From the human T2T-CHM13v2.0 reference genome, Homo sapiens, in assembly GCF_009914755.1 (NCBI RefSeq), contig NC_060937.1: a stretch of 64,000 bases of DNA. One strand, written 5' to 3'. The position numbers were made by a program, and so were the translations under genes. Within the stretch, counting starts at the first letter, position 1. Each line of letters starts with the position of its first letter. Under the pieces are notes generated by a model. The model did not search any database and was not told the origin of the DNA. It worked only from the letters and a program-made list of their open reading frames with translations. Shown in pieces: positions 27,737 to 46,645 of the stretch.

Positions 27737-28306
27737 GGATACTGGCAATGGAAAGACCACAGAGTCTGGCAAAAGGAAGGAATCTAGAAAGTGCCTTTCA
27801 AGAGAGTGCTGGGGCAGGAGCCGGAAGATGGTAAGTTGAAAGGAAATGGCCACTGAGCAACAGTGGGTTAGATGGTCCCAGCCTTGGGGCCCTCTTTGTG
27901 CAGGGAGCTCAGCAGCTGATTAAGCAACTTTGCCGCTAGTCCTGTACTGTACTGACTTGTACCCCCACCCAAGAGCCAGCCTCTCCTGCTGTGGCTTGTA
28001 TCCCAGCACCCCAGTTAGGAAAGCACCTACCGCCCTTGTGTTAGGCATCTGCACTGCACAGTCAGTAATTATTTTGATTTTTTTAAATCACAAAACTGAA
28101 GAATGTGTCTGATTCAGAACTTCCTGGAATATAATGTGTCATGACAATCTGTCAAACTGAAGAAGCTTCGTTTGTATCTAACCTGTTCCTAGGTGTTTAT
28201 GTACACTTAGGCATTTTTTTAAGGCTTAATTTTCTCTTTCTGCAAAAGGGGTTGAATGAAATAAAATTTTGTTAAATGAATAATTAATTTACAATGAGGG
28301 GTGGTT

Positions 28307-28647
<341 letters not shown>

Positions 28648-29268
28648 TGAGACCATAAAGGATAATGAAGTAATATTTAAATCTGTGTAAAGCAACTAGC
28701 ATTGTGCCGGGTAGTAATAGATTTGATAAATACTACTTAAATGTAAATGGAGGATAGCAACATTTTGGACAGGGAAAAATATCGATTTCTTAAAAACTAA
28801 GTTCATTGCAGTATTATAATACATTATAATGGAGTGTTTAGTTATATAACTATTGCAATGTACGTATAACATATAATAATACAAGGTACTTGGTATGCCA
28901 TCTGGAATGCAGTAATTCTCAGTAAATGTGAGCTAGCATTTTTGTCCTCAGTTCATATCCTATTAACTATCACTTGTTGGGTCTTTTTGTTTGTTTTTAA
29001 AAACATGAAACAAAAGTACTGAACATTTATTTTCTAAAAATCCAACAACTCATAAGAGGCATATTCACTTCATTACTTAGCTTTTTAAGGGACACCATTG
29101 GCATTTTACTCCCAAAGGATGCTATCTTTCACTGAAAGTCTTCAGTTATTTTTTGTATTTATAATAACCCCATTCATATGATTCTGAGTTATCCTCCAGC
29201 ATGCATCTTTAAAAACTGGATTCTTGTGCCTAATGCAAGCATCTGGCTTTCTTAAATAAAGATGAAAA

Positions 29269-31045
<1,777 letters not shown>

Positions 31046-31224
31046 TCAATAGGATGGCACAAGAGAGGAAGGGCTATTAGCAACAGAACAGTGATGTTGG
31101 GAGATGGGGTAACTAGACTGACAGGAAAGAATGAGGAAAAGTGGGACATCCAATGGTGAGGTCCATCACACTGATCCTGAGCCCCCGACGGCAACACCAA
31201 ACTATGCTCAGCACTTTTTAAAGA

Positions 31225-32115
31225 AATTATTTAAACTGACAAATAAAAATTGTATATGTTTATTGTATGCAACATGATGTTTTGATAGATATATGTTGTA
31301 TACATTGTGGAATGGCTAAATCAAGCTAATTAGCATATCTGATACCTCACATACTTTTTTGGTAAGAATATTTAAAATCTACTGTCTTCGCAATTTTTAG
31401 ATATACAATTTATTTTTGTTAACCATAGTCACCATGATGTACAATAGATTTGCTTTCTTTTCTTTTCTTGTTTGACACAGGGTCTTGTTCTGTCGCCCAG
31501 GATGGAGTGCAGTGGCATGATCATGGCTCAATGCAGCCTCGACTTCAGGGGCTCAAGTGATCCTGCTGCCTCAGCCTCCTGAGTAACTGTGACTACAGGT
31601 GTGCGCCACCATACCTGACTAATTTTTAAATTTTTTTTGTAGAGATAGCGTATCACTTTGTTGCCCATTCTGGCCCCAAGCAATCCTCCTGTCTCGACCT
31701 CACAAAATGCTGGGATTACAGGCATGTGGCACCACACTCAGCCATGATTGCTTGAATTTATTCCCTCTGACTAACTGAAATTTTGAATCCTTTGACCAAC
31801 ACCTCCCCAATCTCTCCCTGCTTCCGTTTCCTGGTAACTGTTTTACTCTCTGCTTTTTATGAGTTCAATTTTTTTAGATTCCACATATGAGTGAGATTAT
31901 GTGGTATTTGCCTTTCTGTGCCTGGCTTATTTCCCATAACATAATGTCCTTCAAGTTCATCTGTGTTGTTGCAAATGGCAGGATTTCCTTCTGTTTTAAG
32001 GCTGAATAGTATTCCAATGTATGCATATATGTATGTATGTATGTATAAACCACATTTTCCTATACACTCATCCATTGATGGGCACCTAGGTTGATTCCAT
32101 ATCTTGGCTATTGAC
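31225..32115 (-). mobile_element. L1MA-type 3' end with nested antisense Alu (~31451-31743)
   Basis: tttagattccacatatgagtgagattatgtggtatttg...ttgattccatatcttggctattg. Confidence 0.85.
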
Positions 32116-32655
32116 TTGTTCATTTTTAAGAATCAGTCTTTCTGCCCACAATGTGTGGTGTCTTCCGTACACACATGGTGGGGGCTGATCAGGGAGTAGT
32201 GGTGTGGTCAGGTATATTTGTGTCCACCAGGTTTCCTTCCAAAATGAATGTCCAGGCTACTGGGCTTTTAGAGAAATAGTCCCAAGGTATCTACGCACTC
32301 TGCTGTTCTTGGAAAGTCAGGATTTGTCGTAAGCACATCTGTCGCATTGGAAGCATCTGAAGAAAACTGTTCTTTTTCTTAACGGTCATTGCAACTGCTT
32401 TTAGGATTCCACAGTGTTAAATCTGCCCTTTCTTTAGAGCAGTCAAGAAAGATGTAATAACTGAAGGAAATGGGCCTTCCTCCACTGATAGGCATGATGC
32501 TTTTGAAATTTAAGTGGAGCTCTTGCATTTGTTTTTTGTATGGACGGTATAAGGAATGGCACAAACGCTAGATGGAATAGCTTTATAGCTGTTGAGCATT
32601 TGTGCTCTTTTGTGCATCAATAGATTTCTATTTCATTGGTTTCATTTGTTCTTAA

Positions 32656-32922
<267 letters not shown>

Positions 32923-34240
32923 AAAAAATGCCCTATCTTAACAAGAGCCTTTGGGGGGAAAATTCCAGTGGCAAACTTCTGGCATCTTCTTGACAGGCAG
33001 CAGCTTAACTACAGTTATCACATTCACAAATGAAGTGGTAAAAAATATTGAATTTTATTATACTTTTTGGTTTGAGGAAGCCACTAATGTGGCCACTAAA
33101 CATGATGTTCAAATGAAACCTTCTGGGAAGTTTTTCAGGGATTACCAGGATAACCTAGAATCTCAACTAGCCTTTGACATTATTAGAAACAGTGTCCCAA
33201 TGGTAGAGCACATTATTCAGAAACTTAGATTTTCTCAGATCAGCACCTCAAAGTACTTATACTAAGACACAGGACATCTCCAGCTCAACATGTCAGAGTA
33301 ACACACTGCTGACATGTACAGAGTGACTCACCAATCTAGACGCACTTCTATGGAGCTCCATTGCTGGAAGATCAAGTGGAAATACACACGGAAAGGCAAA
33401 GAACTTCTATCTGTTCACAATTTATGATGCTCGCTATCTGCCTGACATCTATGTCTCTTTCTTAATGTTTACATATCATTTCAGGTCCTGTGTTCCCAGG
33501 ATGGAGACTGAGAGTGAGCACAGATGGATGTAAGCATCACAAAATATGCCCAAAAAAACACTGACCAGAGGTCAGGTCATGTCACTTGGTTAACATAACT
33601 CTTAATACAAAACATGGTTTGCATTTAATGATAGACACATAAAGCAAACTCTATACAAATGAGTCAGAGCCTCCAAAAGTAACTCGGAAATTACTGACAA
33701 TACCTGAGATAATATTTTAAGATGCTTTGTTTTTCACTATTAGGAAGTAAAACTATGATTTGCATTAGGCCACTTAGTCACTAAAGGTAAATTTGGCTAC
33801 AGGCCTCCCACCAAATCCATTAGCCATCTATGTCCTACATGTTGAATAATCACAGCCTGAACTTGCATGCTTTGAAAACTTCTCTGTCTCCAAGAAGATG
33901 GTATTCAAAGTGTCAAGTTTCATTTCTGTGCGATGCCCGCCAGTGGCGTGATGAAGGGATTAAAGTCATTTTGGGAATTACATTTATAATCTACCAATCT
34001 AATGACCAGGATTTGAGTTATCAGCTTTTGGAAGAAATAAATGTTGAGGAAGTGAGGGAGGGAGAAAAAAATTTATACAAAAGAACGAAGCTTCCAACTC
34101 AAATACATTGTGTTTTAAGTGCACTATTAAAACTATTCCATAAGGAATAGTTTAGGAAGTTACCAGAAAGTGATAGAAACTGTGTGCTCACCTGAACAGG
34201 ATTTCAGGGTAAACTTTGTCTTCATCAAAGAATGGACAGT

Positions 34241-34495
34241 AGCCAGGTCCAGTGGCTCAGGCTGTAATCCAGCACTTTGAGAGGTGGAGTTGGGAAGATC
34301 CCTTGAGGCCCGGAGTTACAGACCAGCCTGGTCAATATAGTGGGACCCCATCTCTTAAAAAAAAAATAAAGAAAGAGAAAGGAAGGAGGGGAGGGGAGTG
34401 GAGGGAAGGGGAGGGGAGGCGAAAGGGAAGGGGGAAGTGTGGAGGGATGGAGGGGGAAGGGGGAGGGAGGGAGGAAGGAAGAAAGGAAGGAGTTA
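34241..34495 (+). repeat. Alu left monomer followed by a ~130 bp polypurine tract
   Basis: Near-pure G/A run at ~34365-34495. Confidence 0.8.
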
Positions 34496-34916
34496 CAGTT
34501 ACAGTTTGAATGGAGGGATGCCTCACTGTTGCCCCACATGTGTTGCTGGGGCTTGCACCCCTTTGTTGTATCTCTACCCTAACTGGGCCATCAGCTTTTT
34601 AGCGGACCACACATGAACCCTCTGTTTTACAAGCAAGACAGAACATGAGTTCACAGACACTGACAACTGATTTGTCTCTCTTTGGTTATTCTTTGGTTTT
34701 TTTTCATTGCCTCATCTTGATTTATATGCATAAGCATCTTGATTTATTTTTGCAAAAAAAAACTTCCAAAAATAAAAGTTTTGTAGTTTACCTAGGAATA
34801 ATACACAAAATATTGCATTTTTGTGAGGAAAAGCTATTTGTATAGTTTATTTCAATCTAATAATATTTGAAATTTGTTTGAAAAGCAAAATAAAAAGAAG
34901 CACTGCAGAGTAACTG

Positions 34917-35638
34917 TGTGATTGCCTGATGGGTTGTCCTGCCTGCTACACAGACAAAACCAATTCACTGGGAACACGGTACTATAGTAAAGAATAAGTT
35001 TAATTAACTAAGGCCAGCCAAGTGGAAGAACTGGAGTTATTACTAAAATCAGTTTTGCTGAGAACTCAGAAGCCAGAGTTTTTATGGATAATTTGGTGGG
35101 CAGGGGGCTAGGGAATGGATGCTGCTGCTTGGTTGGGGATGAAATCATAGGGGTGTGGAAAACAGTCTTCATGCATTGAGTCGGCCTCTGGGTGTGCGCC
35201 ACAGGACCAGCTGAGTTATGCATCATGGGTCCGGGTAGGATCAGTTGGTTACCAGAATGCAAAAGTCTGAAAAATATATCAAAAGATCAATCTTAGATTC
35301 TACAATAGTGATGTTATCTATAGGAGCAATGACTCCTGGGCAGTAAGAGAGTATGAAAACTATGCCCATATTTAGCAGAATTCAGGCCGTCCCATAATCC
35401 TAACCTCGTGGCCTTTCATTAGACTTACAAAGGCAGTTTTAGTTCCTGGACAAGGAGAGGGTCATTTTAGGGAGAGACTACTGCTTTCAAGTTAAACTAT
35501 AAACTAAATTCTTCCCATGGTTAGCTTGGCCTATGACCAGGAATGAGTGAGGACAGCCAGCCTGTGAACCTAGAAGCAAGACGGGGTCAGCCATGCTAGA
35601 TTTTTCTGACTGTCATAATCTTTGCAAAGGCAGTTTCA
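34917..35638 (-). mobile_element. Solo ERV1 LTR (LTR8A-like)
   Basis: - strand starts TGAAACTGCCTTTGCAAAGATTATGACAG; TG...CA ends; 4-bp TSD ACTG. Confidence 0.85.
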
Positions 35639-36256
35639 ACTGTCCAGATTATTTAGGTCACTCAGGTGAAATGTATATGATGCACATGTAAACTAACAAC
35701 ATTCAGCTTTTGTCATATGAGTGACTATGTAAATGTGAATAAATTACATTTTAGCTGTTGATAAGACATATGTGCATTATTGCATAAGTATGCAAATACT
35801 AACTCCCTCTTCTTCCTCAAGGCACTTTGAACTAAAGAGTCCTCAAATCTGAACATTCTTTTTATTAAAATAAATTTGTGCTCCAAAAAGCATATAAAGC
35901 AATTTATAAAAGCATCTAAAATAAAACACACATGAAGTAAATGGGGAAAGTAGAAACTAACAAAAAATTAGGATAGGCAAAATAAGATTATACCAGGAGG
36001 AAAATGAGGACATAAAATTCATATCCTGGTGTATGGTTAAGAAGTTTACGTGATTCATGGGAGACAGGAGAATCGATCCTTCAAGTATTCCAAGATGACA
36101 TCTTAAAAGCTAGAAAACTATGTCCTCAACAACAATCTTTAAGGCAAGCATAGTAATGAATGTCCTAGAGCTTTTTCTTATAAAGCCAATGAGAAAAATT
36201 GTCCCACATTTGGAAAATGATTAAATAGTGACTACTTAAATTTTTTTGCTATGCAT

Positions 36257-36548
<292 letters not shown>

Positions 36549-36871
36549 CACATTTTCTAGTATTAGAAAATAACATGACTGCTTGAATAAAAGCAGGACA
36601 TTGTTAAAGGGAACTCTCATTTGATATTCGGGGGGAATGCAAGTTTGTTGTCACATTTTTTAAATTAATAGCACACAATTCATAGAAGCATAGCCCTCTA
36701 AAAAGAGATTACCTTGCTGAAACTGAAAAAGTGTTAGGATTTTATAGCCTTTTTAAATAAGTAAATTAACCCCAAACAAGATACCACTATATACCTATTA
36801 CAATGGCCAAATTCCAGAACACTGACAATAACAAATGCAGGTGAGGAAGTGGAGCAACCAGAGCTCTCATT

Positions 36872-37493
36872 TGTCAATGAAAAGAGTCAAATTCTAAAAA
36901 AATCTTTGAAGAGATTTACTTTGAGCTAAATATGAGAGACCAATGACCCGTGACACAGCCCTCAGGAGATCCTGAGAACATGTGTCCAAGGTGGTCAGGG
37001 TACAAGTTGGTTTTATACAATTTAGGGAGATATAAGACATCAATTAATACATGTAAGATGTATACTGGTTAGGTCTGGAAAGGCAGGAAAACCGGAAGTG
37101 GGGACTTCCAGGTCATAGTTGGATTCACAGGTTTTCTGACTGGCAATTGTTTGAAAGAGTTATTATCTAAAGACCTGGAATCAATAGAAAGGAATGTCTG
37201 GGTTAAGATAGGCAGTTGTAGAGACCAAAGTTTTATCATGCAGGCGAAGCCTCCAGGTAGCAGGCTTCAGAGAGAATAGATTGTAAAGGTTTCTTATCAG
37301 ACTTAAAGACTCTATTCTATCAGTAATTCCAAAATGGAGGAGGGCATAATGAGGCAGGTCCAGCTCCTCCTTCCCATCATGGCCTGAAAGTTGACCTGAA
37401 CTAGTTTTTCAGGTTAACTTTGGAATGCCCTTGGTCGAGAGGAGGGGTCCAATCAGATGGTTGGGGGGCTTAGAATTTTATTTTTGGTTTATA
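36872..37493 (-). mobile_element. Solo MER4-family LTR (MER4D/E-like)
   Basis: gacacagccctcaggagatcctgagaacatg core; 4-bp TSD CATT. Confidence 0.82.
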
Positions 37494-37884
37494 CATTCAT
37501 TTCTGTTAGAAAGGAAAAAAAGGTACAGTTACTTTGGAAGATAGTTTGGCAGTTTCTTACAAAACTAAACATACTCTTACCATATGATCTAACAAACATA
37601 CTCCTTGGTATTTACCCAAAGGAGTTGAAAATATGTCCACAGAAAAACCTGCACATGGGTGTTTGCAGAAGCTTCTTTTTTTTTTTTTTTTAATTTTATC
37701 ATTGTCCAAACTTGGAAGCAACCAAGATGTTGTTCGGTAAGTGAATAGATAAATAACTATGCTACAACCAAGCAATGGAATATTATTTGGCACTAAAAAT
37801 AAATGAGCTATCAAGCCCGAAAAGATATGGAGGAAACTTAAATAATGCATATTGCTAAGAGAGAAGCCAGTCTGAAAAGACTAC

Positions 37885-38349
37885 TGTTCTGCAATGGGCA
37901 GGTCTATGGAAATCTACCCCTAAAGTCTGCGGAAGCTAAGAGGCCAAGAAAGAGGCTGACACATTTGGTTTCTCAGGAAAAAACAAACAAACAAACAAAC
38001 AAAAACATTTAATAGGGACTTAGGAAGAGAAGCCACAATGTCCTGGGCAGCTGCCAGACAAGGTGTTGGATTCCCACACTATGACCCCCACAGACCCAGG
38101 GCTTCCATGTCATAGGGAAGGAATGTGTAGGACAATTATAGGGAAAGGCAAGATGCTATGTGAATCTGCCTAGAGCAGAATTTATGGTCAAGGGAGTTTT
38201 GACCTAAGGGCAGGATTTACAGTAAGTACAAGCTCTTACACAAGGAACAGTAGATAAAATGGAAGATAGCAGCCTTCCCTAAATTGAGGTTAATCAAGAA
38301 GTCAACAGGGCGGATTGGCATCCAAGATGGAGTTGCGTTAGCCTCCACA
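37885..38349 (-). mobile_element. Solo ERVL-class LTR (LTR47-like)
   Basis: - strand starts TGTGGAGGCTAACGCAACTCCATCTTGG; 5-bp TSD ACTAC. Confidence 0.72.
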
Positions 38350-38984
38350 ACTACATACAATGATTCCAACTATATGACATTCTAGAAAAGGCAAAACTAT
38401 GGAGACAGTAAAAAAGAAGACTAGTGTTGCCAGGAGTTAGGGTGCAGGGATGAATAAAGCAAAGCACGGAGGATTTTTAAGGCAGTGAAACTACTCTGTA
38501 TGATATACTACAATGGTGGACACATGTCCCTACACATTTGCCCAAACCCAGAGAATGTACAACACCAAGAGTGAATTCCAATGTAAACTGTGGACTTTGG
38601 GTGATGATGACATGTCAGTGTAGGTTCATCAACTGTAACAAATGCACCACTCTGGTGGGGGATGTTAATAGTTGGGGAGGCTGTGCATGTGTGTGGCAGG
38701 GGCCATATGGGAAATCTCTATTTTCCACTCCATTTTGCTGTGAACCTAAAACTGCTCTAAAAAAATAAAATCTTTTTTAAAAAGTTAACCCAAAAGTATA
38801 TGGTTTTATTGCCCTAAAGAAAGTTAACCAGGCATATTGTACCTAACTTAGCTATTTTAGAGAATCCTTTTCTCTTCAAGTATTTAAATCCTGTTCCTCA
38901 AATACACTCTGAACTAGGTCTCATTGCTGCCACCAACGGTTCACTCATTTTAGGAGTTAAATGAGGGGGAGTTAATTGAGTTTT

Positions 38985-39135
38985 ATTGGAAAACGGCCAC
39001 ACTCAGTCGTTTTCATATCATCTATGGCTGCTTTTGTAGCAGAATGGAATAGTTGTGACACAGACTAAATGGTCTGAAAAACCTAAAATATTTGCTATCT
39101 GGGCCTTTCCAAAAAAGTTTGTAAACTCCGGGCCA
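38985..39135. mobile_element. MER58A-like fragment
   Basis: ctaaaatatttgctatctgggcctttcc...aagtttg. Confidence 0.7.
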
Positions 39136-39185
39136 AATAAAACTTTGACACTTGCTCGAATCTGGTATGAAAATTTTGCTTGTAG

Positions 39186-39283
39186 CATCAGTTAACATCA
39201 GCAGATGATATGATACCAAAAAGTACTTGGTATCATCAGTTAACATCAGCAGATGATACGATACCAAAAAGTACTTGGTATCA
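39186..39283 (+). repeat. 48-bp tandem duplication (2 copies, 1 mismatch), each with an internal hairpin
   Basis: catcagttaacatcagcagatgata(t/c)gataccaaaaagtacttggtat x2. Confidence 0.95.
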
Positions 39284-39966
39284 GTTGCTTTTGGTAAAAG
39301 CAATTCTACAGAGGGCCAAAATACTTTAGCTAAAAACCACTGATTCAGAATCTCTAAGGCTGGGACCCAGAAATCTGGGTTTTAACATAGTCTCTGAGGG
39401 ACTCTTATGCATACTCCAGTTGGAGAATCGCTGGAGCCCACTGGCCTAGCCCAGTGGTGGATGTACAGATTCTGACTCAGAAAGTCTGAAGTGCAGCCCA
39501 AGATTCTGCTTTTCTCACAAGCTCCCACATGATGGCGATGTTGCTGGTCTGAGGGCCTTAGTTTCCTCACCTGCGTAATGGAGATGATAAAAATCTATTT
39601 CATAGGGTTGTTGTGGGTAGTAAATGAAGTCATAATGTCCATTTATATCCTGCCCCCACCCCTTTCAAGCTATGTCTATTGGGGCAAGTTACCGAATGTC
39701 TTGGTTCCTATAAGTGGAGCTAAATAATATTGCCCACATCACAAGGTTGCTGGAAGGAGCAAATGAGATAATAAACATAAAGTACCTAGAACAGAGCCTG
39801 GAACACTGTAAAGGCTCAATAATGTAAGATACTATTATTACTATTATCATTATCGTTACATAGGGTGTCTGATCATAGCAGATATTCCATCAGTGTTAGT
39901 TTCCTCCCTACTCCCTCTCCTATCCATCCTCTCATCCCTACCCCTCCCTCTAGTGTCTTCTGTTGA

Positions 39967-40281
<315 letters not shown>

Positions 40282-40913
40282 TGATTTCTAATGTGTCTAA
40301 TTAGATAACTTCTATAGGAATGCTGATTCAGAAATACCTGAACCCAGGTGGCCCTACCTGACAGTCCAGAGGTGCCACACAAACAGGGACCCAAAATGAG
40401 CTTGGACATTGACTGTGCTGCCCAGGCCCCTCTGCCCACCCCCTCTCAGGCAGGCTTTTGGTAGAGAGTTTGGGAGAACAAGGGAAAGTGGGCTTGCCAG
40501 TCCTTCCCACCTCAGGGGAGCACCATTTCCAGGGCTGCCTGAACATTCTTACTCTGCAGCACATTAATCTACGTGGCACCAAGTTTATTTTTCTGAGAAG
40601 ATTATTTGGGACAATATATGGAAAATCTGAGAAGTCATTTCTCTTTGGCAGCACTGCCCTCCATAACAAAGCACATATTCCTGAAGGGCATCTGGATTTT
40701 GTTTCAGGTTTCTTTTTGCTTCCTCAGGGTTTAAGTGCTGCCAGGAATGGCCTTCTAAGAATTGCTTAGCAAACCTTAATCTCCAGACTCAGGGTGGTGG
40801 GGATAATCACATTTTTTGCCCGAAATGACCAAATTGAAACCATCCCCACAGGGTTGACAAGAATGGCATGCTGGGTTCTGGACAGAAATATAGTTATAAT
40901 TAAGAATGAATCA

Positions 40914-41523
<610 letters not shown>

Positions 41524-41636
41524 GAACTAATCAGGCCACAATTCAGCACACTTCCTTGTTGCCAAAAGTCACTAGATCCTGACCATTTGCATCCCCATTG
41601 TTCCTAAAGATAGGATTTCTGACATTAAGATTATAA

Positions 41637-42611
41637 TGATGGAGACAGGAGGCAGAGAAATTCTAGGCAGACAGGGGCAGGTCCCTGGCAAAGTCCCATC
41701 CTCAAGCCAAAAAGCCTGAGACTGCAGCCCAAAGTGAGAACTTACATCCCTGTTCTCCCGCTCAAATGTTGCCTTTTCCAAAACCACCCATGGCCCGCCC
41801 TGCCCCCTATCCTGTGCTTATAAAAACCCCAGACTCAGCCGGCAAAAAGGAGAAGCAGCTGGACATCAGAGACTATGGCTCAACGTCTGAGAGAAGTGGC
41901 TTGACTTCAGAGAGACAGCTTGACAGCATAACTTCAGAGAAGAATCTGGCCAGAGACAGCCGGACTTCAGGGGAAGATTACCTTCCCACCCCATCCCCTT
42001 TTCAGCTCCCCTTCCTGCTGAGGGCCACTTTTATCAGCGATAAAATCCTGTTTTTACCATCTTTCAATTCCTTCGTCCAAACTCATTTCTCCTGGATGCC
42101 AAACAAGAGCCTAGGAGCCACAAGTGCAGATGCAAAAGGCTGTCACACTGGCCCTTTGCCCTCACTGGTGGAAGACAGCTCCCTCACATGAAAAGGCAGA
42201 GGGAGGCTCTGCAGAGCTGCTAACACTTAAGCTGTCTGCAGATGGCAGAGCTAAAAGACCACTGTAACACTCCCTCTGGGGCTTCAGGGGTTGCAGGAAC
42301 CCCACCAGATACTGCCTTGGGGGCATGCATGGAGTTTGCTCCTGCTGGTGCTCAAAAGTGCTCACCTGGCTCCTGCACCTGCTCACCTGTGTGCTCCCTC
42401 CCATAAGGGGTGGAGAGCAGTGAGTCCGAATGAGTGGAGTTCACTCCTGCTGGTGACGAAGTGGCCAGCTGATTCCAGTGGTTGTGTACTCCAGTTCCTG
42501 CCTTATTTGCTCATGCGCTCCCTCCCGCAAGGAGTTGAGAGCTGTGGGCTGAGTAAATGGGGCACCCCTATTGCGAGTCCTGCAAAGCGGTCAGGGAAAT
42601 ATCCTACTTCA
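41637..42611 (+). mobile_element. Solo ERV1 LTR of the LTR1/LTR27/LTR28/MER52 group
   Basis: TGATGGAGACAGGAGGCAGAGAAATTCTAGG...TTCA; 4-bp TSD ATAA. Confidence 0.8.
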
Positions 42612-43693
42612 ATAAGACTGTTTAAAAATGGATTTGCATCCCTGTTGTTCCTATAGAGATGATCTCTGACGGAATCATAAGGCTTTTGTTTAAGGATTGC
42701 TTAAGATGTTCTCAGATCCAAATTTCAGCGACCAGTTTGGAGACCCTCACAGAAGAACGGGATGAGCATAAGAACACAGCTTCTTCATCTCCCTGTCCCA
42801 TGACTTCAACCTGTGCTCTTCGACCAGTGAACACTCTCCACACTTGGGCCCACTCCAAAACCCTAAAGACTGTAGCCCCAAACTCCTCAGACAGATGGAT
42901 TTAAGATTCCCTCCCATCTCCTCCTTTGGTGACCCTATAGGTAAATGCTTTATCTGCTAAAACCCAGTGTCTCTGGCACTGGTCATGGAGTGCCTTCTCA
43001 CAAGAGCAAAATTGAGTGTAAGGTACATTTTCTTCCACAAGCCAGGTATTCCATAAGCACCACCAGCATCAGCAGATCCAGCTACAGATTCAGTGACTAT
43101 GATCAACTCCACAGACCATCAGCTTGCTTTGTTGAGAGGATTCTGTCCTAATAAACACACTGCTAAGACTAACATTCCCAATCCACAGGACCTAGAATAA
43201 AAGAAAATTCAGGCTACTTAGAGAATAGGTAAATGAAAGATGAAAAAGGGAGGGACAATCAACAGTATTGAGCACCTGTGCTTTGCCAAGCACCATACTA
43301 CTTGGGATCATGTAGCCCTTCATGAAAATTTGTGATAAATGTTTTACCATCATCCTTTCCTTCCTTCTTTCCCTGGCCTATTCCTTCCTCCCTTCCTTCT
43401 TCCCTGAGTAAGTCAGTCAAAAAGGCATTTGATAACCTCCCCTCCCCTCCCCTTCAAGGGAGAAGAGGCTATTACAGCAGAGGAAGAGGAAGGGGCTGGA
43501 AAGCCAAAGAAGCAACTAGCATGCTAGGAAGGTGAGTCACATACAGGGGAACTGAGGGTGGAAAAAAGAAAGAAAGGACAGAGGCTGCTCCTTTAGCCTG
43601 GATCCCAGAGCCAATTCACAGGAGCAGCAGCATGTAACATGAGTAAAAATTAACCTTTGTGGGGGCAAGCCACTGAGATTTCATGGTCATTTG

Positions 43694-44140
43694 TGTGAAA
43701 GGAAAATGAATCTTGGGGCCCCAAAATCACTAAGCTAAAGGGAAAAGTCAAGCTGGGAACTGCTTAGGACAAACCTGACTCCCTTCTATTCAAGTCATCC
43801 CTCTGCTCACTGAGATAAATGTATATCTGATTGCCTCCTTTAGAAAGGGTAATCAGAAGCTCAAAAGAATGCTAGCATTTGTTTCTTATCTACCTAAGAC
43901 CTGGAAGCCCCCTCCCAACTTCGAGATGTCCCACCTTTCCAGACCAAACCAATGTTCATCTTACATATGTTGATGGATGTTTCATATCTCCCTAAAATGT
44001 ACAAAACCAAGCTGTGCTCTGACCACCTTGGGCACATGTCGTCAAGACCTCCTGAGGCTGTCACAGGCGCATATCCTTAACTTTGGCAAAATAAACTTTC
44101 TAAATTAACTGAGACCCGTCTTAGATTTTGGGGGTTCACA
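43694..44140 (+). mobile_element. Solo MER4A-like LTR nested in an MLT1-like fragment
   Basis: TGTGAAAGGAAAA...GGGTTCACA; 4-bp TSD TTTG. Confidence 0.85.
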
Positions 44141-44729
44141 TTTGTTACCCACAGCAAGCCGGGTCTAAGCCAACTGATACAGTAACTGGTAAATAACTTC
44201 TGTTCTTAGAGTGTGAATACAGCTTGTCTCTCTCATATCAAAGCCCATGGTCCTTCCACTTGATATATAGAATTGTTTATTGATTTAAAAACCATTTTAT
44301 TGATTAAACTGGCCTTTGTAGAACTCAGCTGCTCTGAGCTTGTCCACTTCTCAGCACTTAGGGAAAATTTCATTTTATAATCCTTTTTAGTCCTCTTATT
44401 CCTCTGCAGCAGAACAATTATTCCACCAATACTGTGGAAAAGTTAGCCTAGTCTGAAAAATATTTCAGCTACAAATACCTAAAAATGCAGGATAAAATAT
44501 GGCTGAGCTAGCAAGAAAGTAAGAGAAATAGTCCAAGTATTTAAACTGCTCTGAAATACTAAAGGACTGAAAATGGAATGAGACCAGGAGTCCAAAGAGA
44601 GGTTAATGAGCAATAAAGCTAATGATTGTTTGAAGGGCAGGGCAGATCTAGACTGCTGGGGATTAAAGATACACACACAAACACACATATAACATATATA
44701 GGTGTGTATGTATATATATATACATATAG

Positions 44730-46130
<1,401 letters not shown>

Positions 46131-46437
46131 CTGTCTTTAAACCTTAGTGTTAATTGCCATGAAGGCACTGTCAACAAAGTCTACACTTCAGGAAAGGTGC
46201 AGAATGGAGTTCTCTGGATATAGTCAAATCACCTGAAGAGCTTTACCCTCAGAACAGGCGAACTAGAAAAAATTCTACAAGCCAAAGAAATAAATAGCAA
46301 GCTGAAAGATAGATCTGAAGAAATTAGCCAGAATGTGGCTCAGAGAAACAAAATGATGCAATATTTTAAAAATAATAATTTAGAACCTCAGAAGGTTTAA
46401 CCTATGCCTAATAGGAATTCCAGGAGGAGAGTCTAGA

Positions 46438-46645
46438 GTAATGTTGTCCAATACAGTAGTAGCCAATAGCCACATGTCACTACTTAAAATGTAAATTAAT
46501 TAAAACTAAATGAAGTTAAAAATGCAGTTCCTTGGTTGTACTGGCCACATTTCAGATGCTCAATAGCCACATGTGGCTGGTGGCTACCATATTGGACAGT
46601 GCAGATATAGAATACTACAGGAAATCCTACTGGACAGTGCTGATC
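46438..46645. mobile_element. MER3-like hAT MITE
   Basis: caatagccacatgtggctggtggctaccatattggacagtgcag. Confidence 0.8.

Larger units (their letters stand above)
36780..38770 (+). mobile_element. L1MC-type 3' region interrupted by two LTRs
   Basis: gataccactatatacctatt...gaatgtacaacaccaagagtgaa...gtgaacctaaaactgctctaaaaaataaa. Confidence 0.85.

Noticed and set aside
39022-39303. ORF with repeated peptide TKYFLVSYHLLMLTD; CRISPR-like appearance of the hairpin repeat
   Set aside because: Simply the 48-bp duplication plus MER58-like sequence; two abutting copies, no spacers, eukaryotic context.
41766-42904. ORFs of 141, 121 and 81 aa
   Set aside because: Lie within solo LTRs; no gag, pol or env similarity evident.
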